Shown: one piece after another, positions 12,721 to 24,722 of the stretch
How the letters are laid out: the number at the start of each line of letters is the position of its first letter
Position numbering within the stretch: position 1 is the first letter of the stretch
From: Mobula birostris
Taxonomy: Eukaryota
Reading direction: 5' to 3'
NCBI RefSeq assembly: GCF_030028105.1
Contig: NC_092399.1
Span: forward strand, 15,830,881 to 15,894,880
DNA length: 64,000 bases
Made by a program: the position numbers and the translations under genes
Notes under the pieces: generated by a model
Seen by the model: only the letters and a program-made list of their open reading frames with translations
The model's database searches: none
What the model was told of the DNA's origin: nothing

Positions 12721-13122
12721 ATTTCTGTTTTATGGTTAATATAGTACCCAGATGCTTCAATAATATTGTATTAAGTTGTTCCATAATAACCCTGGCCATG
12801 AATTCCATAGTCACCTGTGTCTTTAATGCTTTTCTTGCTCTTTGCTCTAAATCTTTTGTTTAATCTCGTACCAAATCATCACTGTCTAATATTAAAGTAA
12901 CAGAGTAGAGTCTGGATTATGGGGATGAGCAGAGAGTTTTGAAAATTAACTTTTACAAGCATCAAGAAAGCAGATGCAGTTTCTCCTTGATCAGTGGCAT
13001 TGAACGTGCAATATACTAAATCGTGTGCTATATTCCACTTCGAATCCCGGGGCAAAATCCTAGGTGTTGTTTAGTGCTGCTAATCCAAGGCTGAATTTTT
13101 AAGTGAGTACCTTTGGGGAATG

Positions 13123-13274
13123 CAAACAACAGGAATTCTGCAGATGCTGGAAATTCAAGCAACACACATCAAAGTTGCTGGTGAATGTAGCAGGCCAGGC
13201 AGCATCTGTAGGAAGAGGTGCAGTCGACGTTTCAGGTTGAGACCCTTCGTCAGGACTAACTGAAGGCAGAGTGG
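13123..13274 (-). mobile_element. Short Penelope pLTR insertion with an intact hammerhead (13221-13258)
   Basis: 11-bp TSD tttggggaatg; reverse complement reads tagtcCTGACGAagg..cctGAAACGTCgactg. Confidence 0.82.
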
Positions 13275-14794
13275 TTTGGGGAATGGTCTACATTATCCAC
13301 CCTTCGTAATATTGACTATTTTATCAAATCACTTCATAATGTCCTCTGATCAAATGATAACAACACTAGTTCATTTTTGTCTTACACCAGAGGCTTTCCA
13401 TCAGGCCTATGCCAGGGTTTCTGCTCCGTGGGAGTGTTTCCTCTCCACCCTACCACATTAATACATCCTTCATTTTTTTCCCTCCCTTCTGAACTCATTG
13501 AACTTCCCATTGTGCTATTTGCATTAATTGCTTCACAAACTTGTGTTTTATGTGCTTACCACTGTTCCTCCCCCCCCCCCCCCTTCCTTTGATTCAGGCT
13601 GTATGCTAGTTCATCTGTTCAACCCTTAGATTAGTAGCATTAAATGCTATGTGTAGACGCATCTGGGCATGATACATTGTTCCTGGTATTTCTAAGATAA
13701 ATTGCAACATACACAAGCTTCCAACTTGCCACTAAACCCAGTTGGAAATTATCCATGTTGTATTTAATGTTCTGTGCATATGCATTCCTAAAACTTTTTT
13801 CCCTTCCTTATAGCCCACTTTTCTCTCCTCAAGACCATTTTGTTAAAACTAAAGTAGTATATAACAAATATGAGGTGGTATACATCTGCCATTTATTTTA
13901 CAACTCAACCATCTTGGCAGTATCTGCTTACAAATTCCTTTGCTCTTTGGTGTTGTTCAGGTTGTCTGTTATCCTAATATGATAGGCAAGTTCGATCATA
14001 GTTTCATTTAGGTGTAAATTACTGAAGTATATGAGCTATGGTTAATCACTTCTGTCTCATATGCAAAACCACCCTTCACTTCAACTTTCTGTATCCCCTC
14101 TCCCTATCAGTTTTCAATCCAGTTTGCTACAGTTCCCTTAATTTCAGTAATATTCTGTTTGGGACTTTGACAAATACTTTTAGAAGATTTTCCTTATATT
14201 TATTTCCCCCCCCATCTATAGTATCATTTCCTTGAAGGACCATTTCATGATTGTAAGCATTAATTTTGCTTTCAGAAATTCAGCTGCTTCTAATTTTTTT
14301 TCCCTTAAATAAGCAAATTCATCTTTAATGAAAGATTTCAAAAATGTTTCCTTCTGCAGCTGTTAAAATACGTGGGCTATAATTACATCATATGCCTTTC
14401 TGAAAAAGGATGTCACATTGGCAATAATTTGGTTCTCTTATAGCTGCAAATGATGTAAATATAATTGCTACTTAAAGATTTTTCCCATTTGCAGCTTCTG
14501 AAGCTAAGGTCATTTTTCATGCATTTCTATGAATCAGTGACCCAGACTGGGATTTATTGGGTGCATAATTTCACTGTTAGACTTCAAAATTCTGAAGTAG
14601 ATAATAGCAGACTGCTGTGTACAAATTGAGGACACTTAATAGAGTATTGGAAAAGCACAGTGAGCTGAACGACTTCTGTGCCACATCACTGCTCACTTTG
14701 AGTCAGAGAATGATGCAGTATCAAAAAAAAAAAAAGCAGTATCAACTAAATGGTCTAATTTATAGGGAATTCCAGATCAGGAAACTGGGGAATT

Positions 14795-16390
14795 ACCATA
14801 AGATATAGGAGCAATATTAGGTCATTTGGTCTGTCGAGTTTTCTCTGCCATTTAAAAACACAAACATGAGGAATTCTGCAGATGCTGGAAATTCAAGCAA
14901 CACACATCAAAGTTGCTGGTGAACACAGCAGGCCAGACAGCATCTCTGGGAAGAGGTACAGTCAACGTTTCAGGCCGAGACCCTTCGTCAGGACATACCT
15001 CTTCCTAGAGATGCTGCCTGGCCTGCTGCGTTTACCAGCAACTTTGTGTGTTGCTTTCTCTGCCATTTCATCATTTCAATTTTGCTTTTGGCCCTAATCT
15101 CCTGCTTTCTCCCTAGACCAGTCATGAATCTATCAACCTCTGCCTCAAATATACCAATGACTTAGCCTCGACAGCTGTCTGTGGCAAAGAATTCGATGGA
15201 TTCACCACTCTCTGGCTAAAAAAATGCCTCCTCATCTGTTCTAAAAGGACACCTCTATTCTGAGGCTGTGTCCTCTGGTCTTAGACTCCCTCACCATACG
15301 AAACATGCTTTCCTCATCCACTCTATCAAGGTCTTTCACCATTCAATAGATTTCAATGAGGTCACTCCCCATTCTTCTGAATTCTAGTGAGTACAGCTCC
15401 AGAGCCATCAAACACTTTTCATATAACAAGCCATTCAATCCTGGAATCATTTTCATGAACTTTCTTTGAGCCCTCTTCAGTTTCAGCACATCCTTAGAGG
15501 TAAGGGGCCCAAAACTGCTCACTATACTCCAAGTGAGGCCTCACCAGTGCTTTATAAAGTCTCAACATTACATCCTTGCTTTTTTATTCTAGTCTTCTTG
15601 AAACATACGCTTTAATTTTGCAAGTTAACCTTTAGGAAATCCTGCACAAGGACTCACAATTCCCTTTGCGCTTGTTTTTTATATTTTTTTCTCCATTGAG
15701 AAAATAGTTAACATTTTTATTTCTTCTAACATACACTTCCTGACACTGTATTCCATCTGCCCTTTCTTTACCCACCCTTCTAATCTGTCTAATCCTCTAC
15801 TTCCTGAAAACTACCTACCCCTTCACCTATCTTCATATAGTCTGCAAACTTTGCAACAAAGCTACCAATTCCATCAAACAAATCAGTGACATCTAACAAA
15901 CAAAAAAAAACAGTCCAACGTAGATCCCTGTGGAACAGCACTAGTCACCAGCAGCCAACCAGAAAAGGTTCCCTTTATTCCCACTCTTTGCCTCCTGCCA
16001 ATCAACCACTGCTTTATCCATGTGAGAATCTTTCCTGTACTACCATGGGCTCATAGCTTGTTAAGCAGCTTCTTCTGTGGCACCTTATCTAAAGCATCCT
16101 GAAAATCCAAGTACACAACTTCAACCGATTCTCCTTTGTCTATCCTGTTGTTTCTTCAAAGAATTCCAATAGATTTGTCAGGCCAGGACTTTTCCTCGAG
16201 GAAGCTATGGTAATTACAGATTATTTTATCATGTGCCTCCAAGTACCCTGAGACCTTATCCTTGATAATCGACCCCAACATCTTCCCAACCATTGGAGTC
16301 AGACAAACTGGCCTATAGTTTCCTTTCTTCAGCCTCACTCCAAGAAGGGATTGAAGTGACACTTGCAATTGTCCAGTCTTCCCAGAACCA
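14795..16390 (-). mobile_element. CR1 LINE fragment (decayed)
   Basis: NYRPVCLT..VGKML remnant and typical CR1 3' sequence. Confidence 0.8.
14854..15054 (-). mobile_element. Fold-back mini-Penelope with hammerhead (14959-14994), inserted in a CR1 3' end
   Basis: 14-bp TSD tttctctgccattt (14840-14853 and 15055-15068); inverted arms. Confidence 0.82.
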
Positions 16391-17456
16391 TTCCAGAATC
16401 TACACAAATAGTTGAAGTCTTTGGGAAAGGCTGAAATTGCCATTTCAAGATGCATAGCAGTTCAAGGGCATATGAGACAAGCTACAAAAGCAAGCTTCAG
16501 ATGTTTTCTTTCAACATGGACTTTAAACTCAGTTATGATTACTGCTGCTGTGTTGCTCACACATCAACCTTGTTTTGTTGTCCACAGCCTGATGTAGCAA
16601 AGCTCTTTCCCTCTGTTAGTTACTGCCTGTTACACCACTGGCATTTAGAGCAGCTTTTTTTTCCCGCTGTTTCCGTAATAATTTTTTTTTAACCTGTCAG
16701 GGTTGTTATCCCCAAGCTGAACCTGGAGGACCGGTGGACCACTCTTAGTCTAGCCTCTACCCTTTGACCTGTGTGGCATGGGTGACCCTACCCAAGAATC
16801 AAAGCACAAGGTCCTGACTCCAGCCAACATAGCTCCTCGGGTCATTGAGGCATGCAAGCTTCAAAACCCTATGATAAGTTTGTGGTCCTCTTGGAAGCGT
16901 CTGTATCCAAACAATGAATACCTGAAATTCAAAACAGTATTAATCTGCTTATTTGATGACTTACCTAAAAAAACCCTTTGCATTTTCTCATTCATTTAGT
17001 GATTTCTTGTTTTCCCTTTGAGTTCTGGAAGCCTTTGATAGATCAATCTTTCACAGTCGTATGGAAACTAAAGCCTCTTTTTGGCTTTATTTTTGGAATT
17101 ACTGGATTAAGTATTTACCAGATTAAATGGTTGAGGTCACAATCCAGTATTTAAAGAGCAGATATTTAAATGAATTTGTGCAGGTTTCTTGCATTGAATT
17201 CTTGTCTATTGTGTTCAAGGGGAGTTAATATGATAGAAATTATTCTTGGTTGCCAGTGCAAAACAGAGTGAGATATCAGGTCTTTGTCACGTCTCTGATA
17301 CATTGGATGTGTGGAACCAAGGAAAGTAGTGTGTTGGATTTATTCTTGTGCTTTATATTCAATATCTCTTTTGACTACAGTATTTATCTTTATTTCTGAC
17401 CCTAAGCTCCTTTGAGTTGTTCCATTGTTACAATATTTGATTATTTCTATTCCTAG

Positions 17457-17635
17457 GGAATGGGATAATTGTGCCAAAAAAGATCTACAAGTGTCCATTT
17501 TGCACCTACACAGCAAAGCAGAAAGGGATCCTGAAGCGACACATGCGTTCCCACACAGGAGAGCGCCCATACCCTTGTGAGACCTGTGGAAAGAGATTCA
17601 CCAGACTTGAGCATCTTCGAAGTCATGCTTTAAGT
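17457..17635 (+). CDS. ZBTB8B: ZBTB8B coding exon 2 (C2H2 zinc fingers)
   Basis: 179 nt, phase-compatible; encodes [49 protein letters not shown]. Acceptor ttcctAG, donor GTGAGT. Confidence 0.95.
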
Positions 17636-18504
17636 GTGAGTAAAGGTCTTATGATTGAACCAACTTCTTCCCACTTCCCAACAATTGTGCGGTTATGAAC
17701 CCATGATTTAAAACATCCATATTTTTGTAGTTAGTTTCTTGATGAAATCTAACAATGTAATTTATAACTTAGTGTACAAGAGCCACTTGGTGTCCATGGA
17801 TTTGGACGCTGTAGTGAGGGAATGCTGAACTGCTGGAAATGGTGACTTTATAAGTAGTTAGACCAAGGTTTATTAGCTCTCACAAGGAGATGAAGAACAT
17901 CCCATGCAGTACTTTGATAAAGAGTAAGAAAATTTTCCTTGCCAATATTTAGATTGAAGCAATACTTAAATGCAGTCTGGTTATTAGTGCACTGTTGCTT
18001 ATTGGATCTTCCTAAATGTAAGATGGCTACCTTGTTTTTTCTAATATAGTAATCAAGACTGTTCATTTATTAATTGTGTGGAAAGCTCTGAGACATCACA
18101 AAGTTCTGAAAGATGCCTTATAGAATATCACTGAGTTAGAGGTCTGTATGCAAAATGCTGGTGATATATATTTAAATAATGTGAGCAAATATCTTCACAA
18201 GATTACCTGTCAATTATTCAGATTTTCAGTCTTCATTGCCATCCCATTTTTAATATGTTCTCCCTTTCCTTGATTAACTAATTTTGATTAGGATCCTGTC
18301 ATGCTGCATCTTCAAATTCACGAACAAGATCAGAGTCTCAGAAGGGTTAAAGGAAACTTGGAATTTTGTTAACTAAAGAGACAAAGCAAAACAGTAGAAC
18401 TGAATTTATTGGATAACTCAGCCAGAACGTCACTAGGCAAGGATCAGGATGACCAAGCCGATGAGGGGTTAGCACTGCACTTTCTATCTGCACAGCTGAT
18501 AAAA

Positions 18505-18889
18505 TTACTTACGGTCCATTATGCCACTGGCATTTAGGGCAACAGTGAAGGTCCTCCATCTCTGGCTGTGTGCCTTCATGTCAGTAGTTTCCACTATTTT
18601 CACTGCTGTCAGTCATGCAAGTCCTGGTTAGAGACACTCAGATGTAGAAGGAATCTTCATTCCTGTTTCCATAATAATTGTTTTACTAGTCAGGGTTGTT
18701 ATCCCGGAGCTGAATTCCTGAACTTGGAAGACTGGTAGACCACTCTTAGTCTGTCCTCTACTCTTTGACCTCTTTGGCACGGGTGACCCTACCAAGAGCC
18801 AAAATACAAAGTCTTGACTCCAGCCAACATGGCTCACTGGGTCATTGAGGCACGCAAGCCTCCAAACCCTGACAAGGTTGTGATCCACT
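18505..18889 (-). mobile_element. RTE-related non-autonomous element inserted in the 3' LTR; related copies at about 10825-11180, 16610-16900 and 61610-62050
   Basis: Absent from the 5' LTR; TSD tgataaaa; shared core ccactcttagtctg.cctctaccctttgacct..ggcatgggtgaccctacc in all four copies. Confidence 0.7.
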
Positions 18890-21026
18890 TGATAAAACCC
18901 CAGACTAATTACAAGCTAACAATTAACTATTCTATTAAGAAACAAAAGTCCAAGGGAACTTAATTGGACACCTGAAAAATCTGAGAATTAATTGGAAGTA
19001 ATCAAGGACAATTGCAACTTAAATGTGGACTGGAGAAAACCTACCAATAATCCAAAAACTCGAAGTGCAACAACAGTTAAATATAATGAAACAATACAAA
19101 AAAACCAACAGCAAAAAACTTAGAACCCTCAGAATACCCTACCAATGACCCAAGGTTGTGACAGAACTACTCACCCCATGGCCAGCACATGACGGCCCAG
19201 GACTATCTGGATATAAAGTGGAATTCTGAAATAAGGTCAGGAGCCAAAATCTCTGGAAGGAACCCACAGTTCTTCTGGACCATATTCCTCCCAATATACC
19301 AAGTATTGTGGTTGTCCCCTTAATTTCCTTAAATTGAGCAGTTTTTGGACTTTGTAGACAGACCAAGCGGCTACAAAGTAAAGATTTCAATTTAGATACA
19401 TGAAAGGTGGGATGAATTTTCAGAACGTAGAAGTTGTAACACGTTACTGGGTTAATTTTCCTCTTGACTTTAAAGGGATTGATAAAGTGAGGGGCTAGTT
19501 TCCATGATTCTAGTTAGAGTGGAAGATCCTCAGTTGAAAGCCAGACCCACTGACTAGTATAGAAGGGGAGACCAGCTGCCTGTTTCTGCTGGCTTTGGCC
19601 TGTCACTTGGCTGACGTGTCTTCCAGAGTCTATTTCACCTTGAGCCACCTTTGTTTGCACCTCTCAGCAAGTTGTTCAGCTGAGGGGTCACCAACTTCTG
19701 CCTCCTGAGAGGAGGCCGAAACCAGAATTAACATTTGAAAGGGATCCTACCAAATGATGAATGCTTAAGGGTATTGTGGATGAACTCTGCCTAGATTAGT
19801 TGGTCAGTCCAATAGGATGGATTAACAGACACTAGGCAAAGGGTGCGCTCCAGTTCCTGTTTTGTCCTCTGTCTGTCCATTAGTCAGAGGATAGAACCCC
19901 TGAGGAAGACTAGAGTTGGCTCCAATCAGCTTGCAAAATGTTGCTTGAACTTGGAGCTGAATTGGAGACCCTTGTCCAAAACAATCAGTAGGAAAACCAT
20001 GTATAGGGAAAACCAGATGCATGAGTCTCGGGCTGATGCTAGCTTGTTAGAGGAATGAGTCAGCAAGCCTTGGAAAACCTATTGACTACAACTAAGATGG
20101 TGGTAAAGGAATGTGACTGGTAATAAAATCTAGAGAAAGCTGAGACCAGGGGAATGAAGGAACGGGTAGAGGTTTTACAAGGCCTTGGAGGGGAATTAGG
20201 ATGTTAGTAATGGCACAGCTGTCAAGCCTGCCCAAGTGGCTTAATGTCCTTATGTACTGGGCCACCAATATCTTTTAAAGAACTGTAGAGTCTGCAAGGT
20301 ACTGGGGTGACACCTTAGAAGTGTGACACTGTTTAAGAACCTCAGATTGCAACTCAGGTAGGACAAATAATTCACTGGGGGACGCACCTTCTGGAACCTG
20401 GTTATTCCCTTCTAGGGCTTGCCCGGCTTGTGTGTCTACATCTCATGAGACAGGGGAACTAATCTTTCACTGGTATAATGGGTTCCAACCTCTCCACCTT
20501 AGCTGGGGGCTTGAATTGTTTTGATAATACATCGGATTTCTGATTTTTAAACCAGGGACGATACGTTATAATACAATTTATAAAAAAAAAAAAAAAAAAA
20601 CAATGACCAGCAGGCTTGCCAGGCATTCAGTCTTTTCACATCCTGAATACAAGCCAAGTCCTTATTGTGTGATCAGACGATGAATGGGTGCCTGGCCCCC
20701 TCAAGCGAATGCCACCACACCTCTAGTGCCAACTTCACTGCCAAGAATTCTCTATTCCTGATGTTGTGGTTCACCTCAGCAGGTGACAGACATCTTGGGG
20801 AAAAAAAAAGGGCACAGGGATGCAACTTCTGGCCAGCAGTGGATCTGAGATGAAATGGCACCCATTCCATTAGAGTTATCTACCCCAACAATGAAGGGTC
20901 ACTCAGGATCAGATGGATGCAGAACTGGGGCAGTAATAACATGGCTCGAGCTCATTAAAAGATGTCTTAGCTTCTGGGGACCAATGGAAAACCCAATGTC
21001 ATTTTGGTCAGATTAGCTATTGAGCT

Positions 21027-21381
21027 TCCCTTCTTGCTTTTTTAACTGTTTTTAATGGAGGTCGGGTTTGAGGACGTGATTGTTTTAAGTTGTTTAAGTC
21101 TACTTGATACCTAGTTAGCCCATTGCTTTGCTTTGCTTTTTAGATTAGTTGCACGGTGGGTATTTTTTGGGGGGTTTTTTCTGGGGTTTTTTCTTCTCTT
21201 TATTGATATGTATGGAAAATTAGTAAACTATTATATTACCTTGTTGTTTTATATCTAAACTGCACTGTTTGTACTAACTTTTTTTTCTGTATTAATATCT
21301 CTTGCAAATTTATATTGCAACAGTGTATTAGTGTCTACATGGTTTACCTTTTGTGTACTAATTTAATAAAAAGATTTTAAA
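21027..21381 (+). mobile_element. 5'-truncated LINE 3'UTR (L1/Tx1-like) nested in the Gypsy element
   Basis: 17-bp TSD agattagctattgagct (21010-21026 and 21382-21398); T-rich body; AATAAA at 21365. Confidence 0.75.
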
Positions 21382-21919
21382 AGATTAGCTATTGAGCTAA
21401 AATTTCAAATAAACCTCCTGTAAAAATTTCTAAAAACCATTCAACTTGTTTAACAGTAGTAGGTGGAGGTCAATCTTGCACTGCATGGGTTTGTTCTTTT
21501 TTTTTGAGGGCCTATAAGTAGATTTCCTGGAAGGATGTCAAATCCCAGGAAAGATTTTCGGGATGTGGACCTCACTTTCCCAATTTCACAAACAGGCAAT
21601 TCTTTTACAGGCACTGAAGAACCTGCCCTGTGTATGTGTTACATGCTCAGGAGTTAGAAAAAAAATCAAAATGTCATCCAGGAGCACAAACATGAAATTG
21701 TTAAGCATTTCCCTCAGAATCTCATTAATAAATGTCGAAGCCACCTGGAGCACTGACCAGACCAAAGGGCATCACCAAGTATTCATAATGACTTGTCAGG
21801 GTATACAAGACCATCTTTCAGTCGTCCCTTCATGAATGCAAATTAAATTGTAAGTGTTCCTCTAGTCCAGTTTTGTGAAACATTTGCCCCCTTGTGACAG
21901 TTCAAACTGTTAATTAGGG

Positions 21920-22405
21920 GCAACACACATCAAAGTTGCTGGTGAACGCAGCAGGCCAGGCAGCATCTCTAGGAAGAGGTACAGTCGACGTTTCAGGCCG
22001 AGACCCTTTGTCAGGACTAACTGAAAGAGCTAGTAAAAGATTTGAGAGGAGGAGGGGGAGATCAAAATGATAGGAGAAGACAGGAGGGGGAGGGATGGAG
22101 CCAAGAGCTGGACAGTTGATTGGCAAAAGGGATATGAGAGGATCATGGGGCAGGAGGCCCGGGGAGAAGGAAAAGGGGGAGGGGGGAAAAACCCAGAGGA
22201 TGGGCAGGGGGTATAATGAGAGGGACAGAGGGAGAAAAAAAGAGAGAGAGAAAGAATGTGTGTATATAAATAAACGAATGGGGTATGAGGGGGAGGTGGG
22301 GCATTAGCGGAAGTTTGAGAAGTCAATGTTCATGCCATCAGGTTGGAGGCTACCCAGACGGAACATAAGGTGTTGTTCCTCCAACCTGAGTGTGGCTTTA
22401 TCTTT
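21920..22405 (-). mobile_element. Penelope pLTR plus GIY-YIG tail fragment nested in the Gypsy element
   Basis: Near-identical to the reverse complement of about 53420-53897. Confidence 0.85.
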
Positions 22406-24224
22406 CCTCCAACAAACCCATGTAGAATATCAGTAAAATATAACAGTGCAGAATATGCATGAATATAGTCCAGACCTCCCAGTCTCAACTAGCCCAGTCA
22501 CCTGCTAGGCAATACCATGGCTTAGAAGCCCAGTCCTTGCATATACAGGCAGAAAGAATATCAGTAAAAAACACAACCAGACCCCTCAGTCGACCACAAC
22601 TGCGCTCTGCTACCCCGGTAAAGCACGACGGCTCAAATGCCTCTCCTCCAGCGACTGAAAAGCAGGTGACCCTGCACCCTGCAGCTTGAGGCCCAAGTCC
22701 ATCCAGTGCTGCCAAAATCTGCAGTCAATCACAGAGCTTGTCTTCTGCCAGGTAAAAGCCTGGGAGAGCAGTGCCAACTCCATTCTGGACCTCTGGTAAG
22801 GTGCATCGGCTTTTTCTGAAAACTCCAGCGGCTGCAAACAGGTGAAACAGTGACTTCAGGCCTAGTACTCACCATGACCGAAGCCAGGGAGCCTCCATGC
22901 CATCTACCTGTTCTCATCCAATAAATCAGCTAATCAAACATGTGGCGTACCAGATTAGCAACGTCCAAAGGGGTCTTGCGATCGCAAGTAAAACGACTGT
23001 CAACTTGGGCAGCAGCAGGTTGGGCAGCTCCTTCATTATCTCCGCCAGCGTGCAACTCACTGATGGTGTAGACCTGCAGCACTGCAAGTTCTTAATGTAC
23101 AGCAGGATCTTGCAATCTTTCGAAGTTCAAGCAGAACTTTGTTCTTTTGTTGACACCGTAAAAGCAGCAGCGACCAGTCACACCGCCATCTTGCCGGAAT
23201 CTGAGGCAGATGCAGAAACACAGGTGACAGATTTGGGAACTCGGGAAGCTTCTAGGAGGTAGTCCTCAAGATAGCTGGAAGCTCAGCCCAGGATACTGCC
23301 ATTAGACCAGTCTATAACAGGGCCATGCTGCAATAACCATGGATACCCTAAGGTGAGGGGGACCCCAGGGAATAGACCAGGTGAAATCTGAAGCAAAGGG
23401 GCTCTGAAACATGAGACCTTTCCTTGCTCAGGTGGTCTACCATCAAGAGCGATGCCTGTCAAAGGATGATCAGGCCTTGAGATTGGGACTCCCGTCTGTC
23501 AGGCCACAACCAGATCTAAAAGAAATTACCGGTAGAGTTGGAGTCTAAATGCTTGAAGGGTCAGTTCCTTGCTGCCCCCGGCAAATAAAGAGGGCACATG
23601 TACCCCAGATGTAGTCGGTATCTTTGGGATAGTCACAGATACTGGATGGCCCTTGGGAGTTTCTGACCTCTGCACTAGTAGGTTGAAAGTGCCTTCTCTC
23701 CAACACAGGCACAGTCTCCCTCTCTCAATCTCCTGTCGCGCTTAGCGGGGGTGAGACGGGTTCTGCCCAGCTCCGACGCCTGCTCGGTTGTGGGTGGGGG
23801 ATCTTTGCGGTGAGGAGCTTGGATGATTAGAAAATGTGGGTGGAGAACGTGGAAAGGAGGAACCTGATCCGGGGAACTCACCGTGATGCTCCCTGTGGTG
23901 CTGAGACAACTATCATCGAGTTGGATAGCCAAGTTAATCAGTCCATTGAGGTCCTGAACCAGTTCACAGGCTGTCAGTTCATCCATGAGCTTTTCATTCA
24001 GTCCTCTGTAGAGCATGGCGACAAGGGCTACTCCAAGGTGTTGTGGGTAAGGAACTGTGTGGGTAGCCCACACTGGAGCCTTACCTGACAGGAGTGATAT
24101 ATATGCTATAGGATACTTACTTGGGCCCTTGGCTCCTACGTGGAGCATTGGCCATCAGTGACTTCCCATCTCCACTTGTCCTCTGAAGTCGAAAGGTTTC
24201 ATACCCGGCAAGTAAGTATCCTAT

Positions 24225-24722
24225 AGGATCACCAACTGTCTTGTATTAGCTGGGATATCCTGTATATTAGGCTAAATTGGTTTGTTCCATATGGGACTGC
24301 CCTTGTCCTGTATTTCCCCTGCTAAGGTAGAGCGTTCCTATGAAACCTTTCGTGCCGAAATGGCATAAAGCAAAGAAGCAATTACCATTAATTTATATGG
24401 GAAAAATTTTTGAGTGTTCCCAGACCCAAAAAATAACCTACCAAATAACACAAAACTTAAAATAACACTAACATATAGTAAAAGCAGGAATGATATGATA
24501 AATACACAGCCTATATAACGTAGAAATAATGTATGTACAGTGTAGTTTCAATGAACAGAATCGCCCAAACCGAGCTGTAGAAAAAAAAAATTGGCACACA
24601 TCACGCAGGTGCCCGCACAAGGCTTCATGATCATGGTAGTCTTTCTCAGGGTAAACACAAGGGTCCCGTATTTGATTGCTACTTTTCTCCCTTATTTGGG
24701 AGTGAGAAAGTTGGCAACCCTA
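24225..24722. mobile_element. hAT-like MITE nested in Gypsy gag
   Basis: Imperfect TIRs taggatcaccaac and gttggcaacccta; no clear TSD. Confidence 0.5.

Noticed and set aside
23675-24148. Domesticated gag gene (PEG10/RTL-like)
   Set aside because: It lies in a decayed LTR element, is frameshifted and is interrupted by insertions.
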